Assembly: GCA_036172245.1 (NCBI GenBank) | Contig: JAYWIR010000002.1 | Coordinates: forward strand, 6,014,001-6,078,000 | Length of the DNA: 64,000 bases | Source of the DNA: Raillietiella orientalis | Lineage: Eukaryota | Reading direction: 5' to 3' | In this document: positions 37,601-50,800 of the stretch, one piece after another | Numbering within the stretch: position 1 is the stretch's first letter | How the letters are laid out: each line of letters begins with the position of its first letter | Position numbers and translations under genes: made by a program | Notes under the pieces: model-generated | Seen by the model: the letters and a program-made list of their open reading frames with translations, nothing else | Databases searched by the model: none | What the model was told of the DNA's origin: nothing

Positions 37601-39900
37601 TTTCTGTTCTCCTGCTGTTGTATTCTAATGGATTCGTTCTCGCCATCACCTCTTTCCTACCGAACTCAGAGGCACAAATCCAAATTCTCCGGTGAAGACC
37701 TCCGAAAACTTTCCTGAATTTTTTTGTACTTTGGATTTATGGAAACCGTTCATTTGCTCAGTGAACTGACGTGCAGACTCCTAGCAGAAATGTGTAGGTG
37801 GCGCATTCGATGTTGTCTCACAAGTCTTCGACCTTTAAGAAGAAGCGACAAAATTATGGCCTGTGAGAACAAGCAGCACTTTTCCTGACACATGCAACTT
37901 TCTGCAAATATCAGTCATCTTTGAGGAGGCGTTCCAAGAGAGCATCATTCTCTCTGGAGGCAGTGGAACAGCGAACTGTAGCGTTTTTATAGATGAATAG
38001 CAGTTATAAAGATGAAAGTTCACATCCAAAGAAGTCAGCTGCTTCGGGCTCTCGTTCACTGATTTGACTACTCCATTCCTCGTTCTTGTATTGTTCTGAT
38101 TTGGGGACAAAGGATTTTCGTCCTACTTTATCTGACTCTTAGATTTCCATGCGGAAAATTCCCCCATCTGCAGAAATTATTCTTCTTCCTTTTCTGTGTT
38201 CCTTGATTCTAATAATAGATTTTGGTTATAGGAAGGAGTATTGAATCTGCTAGCCTCTCCCTGTACTCCCATCCGTAAAGCTGGGGCAGTGAGCTCACTT
38301 CTCCATACCAGTAAATACTTCAAAAGTAGATCCTTAACCAGCATAACCTAGGCTCGCACCTCAATTGACCTTTGCAGAAGCTAGGAGAACTCTGCTTCGC
38401 CCTGTGAACGCTCTGACTTCTGGGTAGTTCTTGTCACCCTGTTCCCGTGCTGAACGCATAGCAGGTATATCTTTCTTTAGTAGCTGTATTTAATTCTTTG
38501 CAGTTCATGGAACCTCTGTGCCCTAGACGATTTTCTATTCAGTAAATGTACATTGCATTTGCCCAAACTAAATGCGGACGTGTCACATTGTATCGTTTTG
38601 ACCCACTGGGAAGCTGTGCATCCTACGTGAAAGAGAGCCAAACCAACACTGCGGATTCCCTTTTTCCTCCCTCCTCGACGCTTCAGTAGAGACGGACTGG
38701 TCTGCATCCCAAGAAATTTTTCATCTGGGACATCCGAATGAACGAGGAACAGAAGTCGGATCTCGAGACGTCCCTCTATCTTAAAATAAGGCTAAGCCAA
38801 ATGAAAGAAACGGATGCTGCAGAGGCAAACGTATTAGAATGCCGCTGAAATCCCTAAAGAGGTGGAGCCGATGCATGGGAAGAGCGAATGGGAGCAGCAG
38901 GAATAGTCCCGAAACGCCTCAAAGTCTCAAATGCCTCGAGCATGCTTCAAAGGAGTCATTATAGTGGACGTAAATAGTGCTTAGAGGCCCTAAAGCTGAT
39001 GCGAAGCATTCCTTAACTAGCGAAACCTCGGTGCTTGACTAGCACGGGAGCAGCTGAGCAATCCCAACATGGCCCGGCGAAGATGGCAAAGAGCTCGTGG
39101 GAAACCCCAAAGTCTGGAGACCCCGCGACTTCTTTTGACGATGCTACGGGGTGCAAGATGCGTAACATGGGATGGCCATGCACAGTGACTCTTCCTTGTA
39201 GATGCATGGAAATGATGGGGAAAAAAAACGATGACTGTAGCGGGAAAAAAAAAGAACGAATAAGATGTTGAAATGAAACAAGATAGCAGCCAAAGTGTTC
39301 GCGGTGTGTGACACCTGAGAAAGAAAGATGCCGTTTCGAACGAACCTGGACGGATCCCGAGGATTCTCAGGTCTTCTCCCTCTTTCGTGATCTTAGCGTT
39401 GCCGTCGAGCCAATCTCCAAAAACCTCTTCCAATGTTCCAGCAAATCATCTCACTTGGACAACTGTGAATGGACATCGGTGAATCGGAGTCGGAAGAGCG
39501 AAGTTACAGGGTCCAAGAGAAACTGTGGCTCTCCTCAGCAGTCTTCCAAGGTGAGGGTTGCAGTTAGCAAAAACCGAGAAGCTCCAGAAGAGGCTCTTCG
39601 AATACGGGAGAATTTCGAGAGACCAGACAAAACCAAAAGCGGAATGTGGAAGGTGGAAGATCAACCATCTGTGGACTCTGACTCTTCCTTCCCGCAAGAG
39701 CTTCGGCATCATCAAGCCATTTCGGTGGCATCCTTCTGCTTCCTAGTGCAAAGACTGGATCTGCGAATAGGAGAAGAGGATTTGAGTGCCGTCATACTAG
39801 GCAGAGATAGGGGACGCCCGCACAGACACGAAGCAGTTGTCCTTCGGCGAAGAGAGAAGCCCTATACTTCTACTTGCGTGCAGCACCAAGGCGTGCTCTG
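34700..39900 (+). mobile_element. Ty1/Copia LTR retrotransposon, highly decayed internal region
   Basis: Copia domain order is preserved: gag-like 'TASQLIQRIRNVWRERT' (~34870), 'CSICSL' and 'KLLEDTRSHVS' (~36030-36150, integrase start), 'HWSAMR...FWEL' (~37350-37410, W..AM..E...TWEL), 'LKIRLSQMKE' (~38780) and RNase H-like 'WTDPED...PIS' and 'EDQPSV...RHHQAISV..CFL' (39345-39750). LTRs not identified. Confidence 0.55.
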
Positions 39901-40299
39901 GCCTTGGATTGGTATTTTTCTAGCAGTCATCGACAACTTTTTCTCAAAGGACACCAAAGGAAACAAAGCTTCTGCTGCCGCTGCTGCCATGCCATTTTGC
40001 ACCCTTAAGAAATGTCAAGAAAATTTAATTTTTCTAAAAATTCTGCGGCTACTCAGGCAGAAAGCTACCCTCTAAAACGCTAGTGTGCGATCGAGGGAGA
40101 AATATGCAGCAAAGGAGTGTACCGACGGCTTTCCTTCACAAGAATTCAACAGCGCATTCGATGTATGGAATGATCTTCCTGATGTATGGAATGATCTACA
40201 CTGATGACCACCGAACGCACTCCTCCCAACGAGCGCAGTGATTATTGAAGAGGCTTTTCTCTTTGGCATGAGTCTCTAGGCTTTGCCTAGGGTTTCATT

Positions 40300-41000
40300 G
40301 AAGACTTGCCTCAGAACCGCCAGGGCACGTCCTGATGTCTTACGCTCGCTTGCCGGTTCTCGGAGCAGCCGTTCTCTGGTTTTGAACGGTGCTGCCTATG
40401 CACAATTACGTGAGCTTCTTCCGGAACGGCAATCTCGGCTCGACTCCCGCCGAGAGGGTGAAAGAAGACATTCTCCTCTTTTTCGACAAAGATGCTGACG
40501 TGGCAACAGCTGCTGCTGCCTTCCAGACCGGAGCAGCGCGGAGGGATGCAACTGCAGTCGTCCAACGGAACCTCGAACGAAAGCTGTTAGAGGAAGGGAG
40601 AGAGGAAGGACGAGGCCTCCTTCAAGAGTCTCCTCCTTGCTCCTCCAGACGGAGAGGCGCGCCGATGCAGCGAAGTCGAGAGAGAGAGAAAGGCCGAAGC
40701 GGAAAGGCGGAGTGGACCCGAACACTTCATCTCTGGGGAGTTCCTGCAACGCACTTCAGGCTCCCGGTAACTTTCGATCTTCCCCCCCTTCGTTTCAAGG
40801 TCGAGCTCCTCTTGACCCGCATCCCCCGTTGCCAGTTTTTCGTTCAGAATGCTGGGACCCCTTGCACTGAAGCGTGCCGGAGACGGCAGCTGCATGATCA
40901 GCGAGATCGAAAGCACGGGCGAGCGCGGAGGCTGGGAGGACCGCACTCGACTGTCCATGAGGCAGTTGCTCCCGATTAACGATTTACCTCCGTAGAGAAG
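40300..41000 (-). mobile_element. DIRS-like RT remnant
   Basis: 'PPFRFGLSLSLDF...GLVL...ECLLSPSR' (ORF 40396-40749) resembles LPFGLS.SP..F...EKS.L.PS. Confidence 0.4.
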
Positions 41001-42249
41001 CGGAAAAGGCAGGACCAAAGCGCTTTTCGGCCGCAAGTGACTGCCCGCTGTGACGCTTCGTGGTGACGGTCGGCCCGAACTGACCTGCTTGTGTAACTCT
41101 AAGAACCTTAGATTGAACCGCAGACTGTGCCTTCGAGCGTCCACCAAGGAGCTGGTTCCGATGAGGAAAAAGAAGAAAGCCCACACAGCAGTGGACGACG
41201 AGCAAAATTCCCTCTGAAGATACGGCTCCGGGAAGACGACCGTGCGAGTTGAAACCATACAGGCGCCGGGCGGCGGGAACGCGAGCTGCGCGTCAGAGGT
41301 GCATCCGCTTCTGAGGGGGGTGAACAAAAATAGGAAAACTGAAAAAAATCGATCGCCCCACTGAGGATATCAATGAACATCCTTTCGCGACCCCAGCAGG
41401 ACGACCAGAAGGAACTGAAGGAAACGCACCGATAAGAAACCGTTCTAATCAACCGGAAGTTTGCACAGATGTCTCTGCTGAAGTTCTTCATGCGAATTTC
41501 TGGACTTCTTACCACTGTGGTCCGAGGCCGGGAGAGAGAGAGAGAGGAAGCATCACTGCACCGGAAAATTTGTTCTTCTTGGTAAGATCACGGGCGAAAT
41601 CGGTGTTCTCTGGAAGTGACGAGTCGGACGCCTTGCTCTTTCCGCAACCGAATTGCTGGGACTCAGTCAGAGTTTTTCCAGCATCTTCTTCTCGAAACCT
41701 TCAGAATCCCATCCCATTTTCAGCGGAGTCATCATCTTATCGCGGCTGCTTACCATTAATGTATGCTAATAGGAATCACTGATTACCAGCATCAGCGTAT
41801 TCTGTCTGTCTTCACAGCAAGCCCCGTACCTGCTTTGAAACCCCGAACCGTGCCATAACCCAAGACAATCAGTTGCAACCGCGGAATTCTGACCCCAGAT
41901 TTGCTCCCATGGCTGTACTCATGTTCCTTTCATCGTGGAAAGATCATTGCTCACCATCACTGGGACCTGTCTTCAAGATTCCCCACTAGGATGATCGCTC
42001 TGGTCAAGGATCCGTTTTTGCGCACAATCTGAGGTTCAGATCCAGATGAAATCCAACCTCCGCGAATGCTCTGCAGCATCTTTCAGCTTCCTAATCTCTG
42101 ATATGGGATCAGCCATTGTTTCACCTTCGCCCTCATCTTTTCCGTGTCGTTCGCATTCCATTCCCTCTCGTCTAATTGATTAAATTGTCATTGCCGGATT
42201 GAATCACGGACCACATTTGGTTGCACTTCGCTGAGGTTACATGAAACAA

Positions 42250-43900
42250 TCACTATTCCCCTCTGTGAAAAGCGTAGAAAAAAAATCCTTGACTGCATTT
42301 TCCAATAAGGCGCTTGCTTGTCCTTCTATATCGCGTGATTTCGTATTCCACGCACCAGTTATCCATTAGCTTTCCGTTATGATTCATATATACAACCTCT
42401 TTTTCTAATTTATTCGATCCGCTACTTTTCTCTCTTTCTTTCTTTTCCTTCCCACCCCCCACCCCCCATCCCCAACTAACCTTCCGTTTCACCGACTTCT
42501 GCGCTCCTGAAGCTCTGGACCACTCCGTAATCGTCTGTCCCTGTCCCCGTTTAAACCCGCAGGTTACTCGACTTCAGCAGCTCCATGCTCTAAACATTTG
42601 GAATTAAAAACCAAGTTTATCAAGAAGCCTTTCGACCGAACGGTAAGTTCATTTAATAGCAGGCAGCTTGTACACGGAAGCTCGTGATGAAGAATGATGC
42701 TGCGAAGATGCTCTCCCCAAAATATTTCCGAATGGCGGCAGGGTGCAAGAATAAGAAAACGAACATTTAGGTTCATTGCATCTAGGATTTATTTTTGGAC
42801 GGAAGTTATCTCTCGTTTGCAAACTGTCTCGTTATCCATCAATCTTTGAAAGCTCTCTTGTTCTTTAGCCACGCTACACCACGGCGATTCCAAGATCTTT
42901 CTCGGATGCAGACGGAGGGTCGGCTTGTGCATCTGGCTCGCTCGCTACCGGTGGGTTGAATCCTTCGCCAAATTCGAAAGACATCTTTCAAAATGCCTGG
43001 CAGCAGTGGGCATCATCTTCCCGGTTAGAACGTCATGTGGATTTAAAGCTGTCTTTGTGATCCTGTAAAGCGAGTACAAAGAAAAGAGGGTATGAAAATC
43101 TTTCCAGAACTACGGAAAGTCAGAGTGGGACTGCAGTTTCCATATAGAAAAGAAAAAACAAAAGAATCGAGGAATAAAGCGCTCCGGTGAATGAACATCA
43201 CATCATCAATGGAGATATCAACATATGAAGGGTTCGATTTTTCCCATCGTCAGCGACACCTTTTGAATTCTTGCATCAACCACCCTTTCAGAACCCCTCA
43301 TGGTCGACTCTGCATGTATAAAATTTTTCTCCTTTTCAAATGACCCCTAACGGCTTAGTAGATGAAGCATCATCTTTTCTAACAAATTCTAGAAAATGAT
43401 ATGCTCAAAGAAGAATGGAAACCACCATAAGGAACAGCTTTTGGACACAACAAAGGTGACTGGGGCTCAGTAAAGAAGAAACTGCAAATGTGATCTCATA
43501 CATGCCAAGATTGATTCCAGGCCGACACCGGAAGAAAACCGTTAGTGACAAATAGCATTTGATAAACGTGGAAAGGAATCAAACATTGAAGTGAGGGAGA
43601 GGAACTTGCAATTGCAAAGATTCGTTTTCCGCACCTCCGAAAGTCAAAGGTACGTCTTGGGTCTCCTGGAAACGTAGAAGTCACTGGGAAGAAGAGACTT
43701 CAACAAAAAATTGAGCATTTACGGAAAATTTGGATTCCAAGTAATGAGATCCAGTAAATCAAAGACTAATGAGTCTCCATCAAATCAAGTGCATCACGAA
43801 GTACGGGAACATATCGAAAAACGAAAATTCCAGAAGGATCGACCAACTTCTGGGTTCTCAAGTTGTATTCTACCATTCTGATCATAAGAAACAAGGCATT
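42250..43900 (-). mobile_element. Penelope-like element remnant (RT and GIY-YIG)
   Basis: In order on the minus strand: 'LKSLLPS' (~43695, D.KSLF.S), 'FEKEKNLYMQ' (~43325), 'SIDDVMFI' (~43205, RY.DD), 'LYRIT' (~43065) and 'EVVYM...YRRTSKRL' (~42310-42400). Confidence 0.5.
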
Positions 43901-46900
43901 CTGCTAAGAATGTTCTCCGGCTTGTTCAGGAAGCATTTCCGGCATGCCGTCTGTGAGACCACATTCCCTTTCAGTACCCACACTTTTATGTAATGAAAGT
44001 TAAATGCCGCCGTAATTTATTAGTTTTCTGCTCGTGCTTTTTTGTGAGAGCATTCAATAAATCCGATCACTGCACCAAATGTAGGTGCACTCACTGGAAG
44101 AAGGAAAAAAAACAATGGCTAAAAGAAAAAAACGGCTAAATTTTCAGTTTGTAGTTTGTAAGGATTATCTTTATGTGTCCCAGGATATATGGAACTGAGT
44201 CGCCTGGAGTGCAATATTTTCTGAGCTTTATAAAAATACATTTTCATTCCATTCATTCGACTGAACAACCCTTTATTATATTAACAAATAAGCTTTTGGG
44301 GTGTTACAAGTTCCTGCATGATAACTGACCTGGTCATAGGAATTTAGTGGAAAGCAATTTACCTTTCGCATCGATGACTTTCCGATTCTCTTTATGCTAC
44401 AGAGCAAACATCAAAACAATGTTGGGATGTTGTCGATGCATGGAACAGCGTCCACGAGAAGAGATCCACCGAAAAGACAATAACACCTAAAAGTCGATCT
44501 CCAACGATGCACTAATTAAGAATCCGCTACTCTCGGTGGCAGCTTCTCTGGTTCAGATCATGGGCATGCTAGCAGAATGGAATGAGCTTAAATAACAGAC
44601 TTAATCTTCCAGATTTCCTGATAGATGTAGTAACGCACTCTCTATCGGAAACTGTAGAATCAATTCAGAAACATGCCTTTTTGTATCATGCATTCAAGAA
44701 ATGAAACGTTATGAATGGAATAAATGTGCTAACTTGATGTTGATCAATGTGGATACTATAACCAGAAAGACCTGATTTTCCGTTCTAATAAGAACAAGGC
44801 CTTGAACTGAGGTCTGCCTTGCTTGGAAGTTCCTTGCTTAAGCATTTTCAGAAAATAACGTTTAAAGAATAACTTTACGTAGCAGAAAAATTGCTATAAT
44901 AAAATTAGGAGTGGAATTTAAATTCTATAGTGATTTTATTTGCTATATGAAATTTATTTAGAGAACAAAGGTGCAACATCGGAGTGAAAATTACCGAAAT
45001 ACTTTTAACACTTGTGTTAAATCCATCGGACTTTTATTCTGAATTATGTTTTTTTTAAAATAAAAAAAAAAAAACGAACGATGTATACTGAACCCACTGC
45101 CATGTCTTTGGAAACTTGACATTTTGTCTGTGTTCTTTCCGTTGCTCGTATTACGGAATACAGAATTTTATTTGTCTTCGCATTTTTCTTGCAGCATTCA
45201 TTTATGCATGATTTATGCATGGACATCCAGCCATGCATCGACTTGCCTCTGGGTTAGGTTCTGGAAGTAGGGACGCAAATCGATTTAAGCGTAAGTTGAT
45301 CATTATAGGCTGAGGTTATCGCTGTGTTTATTTTAGCCATTTCCTCTGCTTTCTCGAATCCTCCCAAGTCGTTCGCATACCTTTTTAAGGCTTTTGGGAG
45401 GCTTTTGGGGCGTTGAGGGGCCACCCTGCTTTGTATGCTTTCAGATGAAACTTTGGCCAACGAATCTGATGGAATACCCAACATTGGTGCCTCCTGTGCC
45501 ATCGAAACTAGAAAAATGTTATGCAGTACGCTATGCCTTTTCTTCTTAGTAACCAGAGGACATATGAACACAATAACAATAAAAAGTACATACATCATAG
45601 ATTTGAATGACATACATGTACTGTGCCATGAGTTAGCTGTATACTACGTGCCATTGTATGGCCGACGGTGTGGTCGCCTTTGGCTGGCGAGCCCAGTTGT
45701 CGAATGCGGGATGTGTGACTTGGCTCCCGCTAAAATTTACGCCAACGTCGGTCCCGGCACACATTTTGAAATTTTGATTAAGCTCTTATGGGGACCTCGG
45801 ACGGACGTTTCTGCTATTGGACATGAGTCAATGCATAGCTGTGCTGTTTATACAATATTTGCAAGTATCCATTTCGTGATTTCGAAAAAATCGCTTGCTA
45901 CTCTTCTCCACGTGCTGCATTTATACAAAATTATTACTCTTGCTGCATGCAAACATCTCAGGAAAATGCTTTAGAGGAATTCTCCGCACTTGTAAGCAAA
46001 GAGAGGAATGCGATTTTTAGGGAGGAGACGAAAGTTAGCTGTGCGAGGGATGCAAGATCCGGAGGGATTGAACGTGCTTTTCATGCATGCCAGTAGTGCA
46101 CGATGATGAGACACTATGCACATAACACAATGGGCTTCCGTTATTCCTCCTACCTATGTGGCTACAAGTATTTGATTATTATAATATAAGAGCTTTCCAG
46201 CAATCCAATGCTTGCATAACATTAATAATGCAATAGGTGCGTGATATCAGTGTTTCATTGGGACTAAAGTATAGAGGAAAAATTCCATTCGGATATCCAA
46301 ATCAATGCAAACACATCTGCTAATACTTGAGCAGGATTAATACACATGACAGCTGATAAAATAGAATCTGGCAAAGGCACGAAGACCAATATAGTCGTCA
46401 AAGACGTTCACGGGGGCTTTGGAAATGTCGTTTTCTTCATAATTGATTGCATGATTTCCGTTTGTTTCCATGTCCCTGCAGAGAGCTCCTCCAATTAACG
46501 AACTGTCGAAGCAGTTTCCTTGTATTTTTCTGTTTTTTTTTTTTTTTGCATTTATGGGAATCAGGGCTGATGGATTGAACCATGATACGTATAAGTTGGA
46601 TGGATAATCAATCTGTTTATGAATTGGAATTTTCTGTATGGAGATTCGTGCGAGTGTGCACGCACACTCATATGGGAAAACTACTGATACATTGCTTGCA
46701 AGAAATGGAAATAGCATTGGTAGAAATAGAATTCAGAGCAAGAGGCATCCACACAATGGCGAAGTTATTGTCAGTTCTAATACATTCTGCTGAGTTATAG
46801 TGAAATATTCTAATGCATTCTAATGCTTTTTTTTTTTTAAGGATCTTTGTGCTTGTTGGTGACTATCATTCAGAGAACGCACACGTCTTGTATCATATTT

Positions 46901-47875
46901 TTGGTATTCGCTAAAAATTAATGCCCATAATATTCTTGGATCGGAGTTTTGTAAAAAAGAAAAGAAAAACGAAAACAAAAAAAAGGGGGGGGAGGGAGTT
47001 TTCCAATATCGAAGGGAACCTTGTTTTATTTATTTATTCTTCGCACCCTCCTTCCTCCTTGACCCGTAATGTTTAGTGCAGGTTTTGTATATATTCCAAG
47101 AAAAATTTTGAAAAAGGTCTGTAGACGTGAGGAAACCCATTCTATTCTTTAGAATGCTATTTTTTTTAGGTGTTTTATCAATAGAAATAGGAAAGCTAGC
47201 ATAATATAAAACTCATTTTAAGTCCATATGAATAAAAGTTAAGTGTATAGGAAAACCTTATTTGAGTTTTGTTTTCTGTTCTCTCTACAGTTTTTCATCA
47301 AATTGGATAAGACGGTACTTATTATTAACGAGTATTGGAACTGAAATATTAGCACTGCTTTACGTGCTTAAACGGAATAATGTTCTATGCATTGAAATAA
47401 AAAAAAGATATAATTATTTCTTAGTTCCTCTCCATTTGCAATTCATTCGGTGTCATCTGTGACTTGTTTTTTCCATTTATTATTGCATTGCTTTTCAAAT
47501 AAGTATGCATAAAAGTAATTATTTTTTTAAAGGGTAAATTTTAGACTTACCTTCAGTATTTGATATGCACTTTTCTGTAAAGCCTCCTAGATGAGAAATT
47601 GCAAGGCAATTTATCCCTAGTACCGCTGTTGTATTTCTGTTTTTATTATTTACGTACACCGATTACATATTACATAACATTCATTATCAACCTTTTTATT
47701 CTTCTTAGTTGGTAGAATTCAGTGCTTTCTAAAGAAAAAAAAAAAAAAAAACTACTATAGCATCAACATGCTTGAAGCTTCTGCACTTGTACGTAGCATT
47801 TGGTAAGAATCTCAAGCAGTTCAGCAAAGCTTATTTAAGGTTTGGATGCAGGATACTATCAAAGGACTGTGATTG

Positions 47876-50800
47876 ATGGTGTCTGAAGACCAGAAACTCT
47901 CTTTAGGATTTAATGCACAGAACACATCTAGTCCAATATTTTCAGGTTAGTTTATTGAGAATTAATCATTGTGCCCAAAAAAATTAGAATATCTTGATAC
48001 AAAATAGTATATTTATTTATGTTTTTTTTTTTTTTTTTTACACAAATTTCATGCTTTTGAAGTTTGAATGTCAAGTTCTCCTTACGTCATAAAGCATTTA
48101 CTCTTTGATATTTTTACTTTTCACTTTAATAGCTCAGTTTCTCTTCTTTGTTTAAATAGGGTCTTACTTGCAGCTGTTCAGAAGCTCAGAATAAAATTGT
48201 AAATAAGTATTGGCATTTGGTGTAACTTTCTACTTTAGGGCAGTGTTTGGTAATTCTTTCTTCAGCAAATGGATAGGTGACTCAAAATTGTGGAGCTACT
48301 TTTACACTGAGGGTGGAAGGTTTTTCAAACTATTAGAGAAAAGTGTATTCTGTTCTTGAATTTCATTGGAGTGTTTTTCATTTTCAAAAACATTCTTATT
48401 TTTTATTCTACACTTTTAATAATAATGTACATGTTTAAAAGAGGTTCTCTTATCAGCATAATTTACAAGGAAGTCTCTATTTCATAAAATACAAACGATA
48501 GAAAAGTTACAGTTCATTTTAAAATACTGATGTGGAAACACTAATTAGGATGATGTGATTTTTTTTTCTAGGAAGATCATTGGGGGAATCTGGGAAATTA
48601 TGATAAGCATATAATTGTTCCTTGCTATCACTTAATAAGGGCAGGCATTCATGTTGTAGAAAATTAATGATTATGATTCACCATGAATAGAAATGTGTTG
48701 AATGTTGTGTTTTTTGGAAAGTGGTTGCTATCAACAAGAATAAGCTAAAATTCAATTAGGATTCATATTGTGTTGTACTTTTCTTGTCAAGTTATTGTCT
48801 GAATTTTAAAATTAAAATTGCCTTAGAAAGCATTTTTAAATTGTTTTTGCCATTTTTGGTGACCAATACTGATGATTGAAAATGCTTAAAATGAAAATTG
48901 AACCAAAAAAAAAACTGAAAGCATGTTCATCTCGCAACTTTATTTTGTGCTTTCCACAAAGAAAATATTAAATTTAAAATAACCAGATTTTCTGTCTGAA
49001 AACTACAAAAACACCTAATTGATTGGAATTTTTCATAAAGGTATTTCCTCTAAGCATAAGTATTGCACTTCACAGTATTATACATTTGATTATAATATTG
49101 GTTAATATCTTGTACTCACAGTTTGTTAAACCATTGGGAAATAAAGTTAAGGTTTCTGTTTTCTAGCACCATAGGATTCTGTTGAAATAGTGTTTGGTGC
49201 AGTATTAAGGTGCAATTAGGAAAATTACCAAAGGCAAAACACTTGAATAGTCGATTAGTTGATTTAAATGTCTATTTTACTGTAATTATGTATTTGATGA
49301 GATTTCTGTAGCATAATTTAAAGTTTTCTCTTGAGTAAAAACTTGGCTTCTTTTAGCTTCATATTCATTCACAGTTTTAGGATTTGAATCAGCTTGTGTC
49401 TGGTAGCATTTTTTTGTTTTTAATAATGTTTGCTTTTATCTGTAGCTTGTGGACTTCAAAGTAAACATGCTGGTTTACTAGGCAACATTTCCAAAATCAA
49501 CAACTTCTGTTGCATACAGTATCGTTGGAATACAAATGAGGTAAGAGAAAGATTTCAGATAAGATATAACTGTTATCTAGGAAATTGCATCCATCTTAAT
49601 TAGTGTAGAGGAAAACCAAACATGGTTATCCCAAGAGGTGCATGTGAGGTGAGATATACTTAAATAGAATGTATTAAGAATTCTTGTAGACCAGTAAATG
49701 GCTCCATGTTCCTCTACAGTCGCAAGCAAGTTCGCTATCGCCAGGATGGTTACCTTTGGAAGAAAAGGCGTGATGGAAAAACAACCCGTGAAGATCACAT
49801 GAAATTGAAAGTTCAAGGCACTGAGGTAGAAAGTGAAAATATTTAGTCTATTTATCTTCTTTCAATTTAGAGTATTTATGGTTGTTATGTTCATTCTGCC
49901 ATTCTGCCCACCTTTCATCGACGTTGCTATTGGCTCCTGCAGGTAATTGATAATAATTTGATCTCCTTATCTGTCATCACTAGAACCCTGATATTGTTTT
50001 GGTGCATTATCTTAATGTGCCCTGTGAAGATAAAGAACAAATTCTGTTGGCATTCAGCATGGCATTACACACAGAGCACAGAATGTGGTCAGAAAAGGAA
50101 TTGTCTGAACAGTTGCTACCAATGAGTAAGTTTTTTTAGCATGGATATACAAAATGCGTTTCCCCTTTTTTCTTCTTATTCTCCTTCAAGTGTCTATGGA
50201 GAAGGAATCACAGACTGCCCACGTAAGTTGTGATGCTGTTAGAGAATAATGAGCATTGCAACATACCTAGTGGCTTATCAACTGCATGGTGCACCGGCAG
50301 AGACAATTCCAGTTAGAGAAAAATCGGGAATTTCATTCTCAACATAAGGAAGAAATTCTGGTACTTAGTTTCGTTCTCTATGTTAATTACACTTCAGTTG
50401 TTGCAGGAAGCAAAACATATCCTCGATGCCGATCTTACAAGTCATTCCTCTAGTGGCTTTCCTTGTATAGTTAACCTGCTGCCTGTTAATACAGCAACCC
50501 AATTTTTCATCCTTGATCCTAACTGTTCCACAATGAAAGATACTGAACCTTTGCAACCATACAATTCCAGTAGCTTTTCTGAAAATAATAATCTCTCTAA
50601 AGTGCAGGAAGTTGCTTCCACTGACACAGGAAAAGAGGCAAATGAAGCTTTCAGTGAAACTAATTCCCCATCTACCTCCCCTGCTAGCAATGCTTTGGGC
50701 TTCCTTGATAATGAATATCCTTCTTATAATATAGGAGAGGTACAAGAAAGATGCAATTCATGAATGGATTCAGGGATTACTAATGTTTCTCAGGATGAGC

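Noticed and set aside
40160..40197. Short tandem duplication (GATGTATGGAATGATCT twice, 21-nt period)
   Set aside because: Only two copies inside a decayed TE; not an array or CRISPR.
44020..45613. Possible small spliced gene divergent from CAMTA (hydrophobic start MMYVLFIVIVFICPL and several GT-AG pairs)
   Set aside because: Several incompatible exon chains can be drawn and none gives a recognisable protein; needs RNA-seq.
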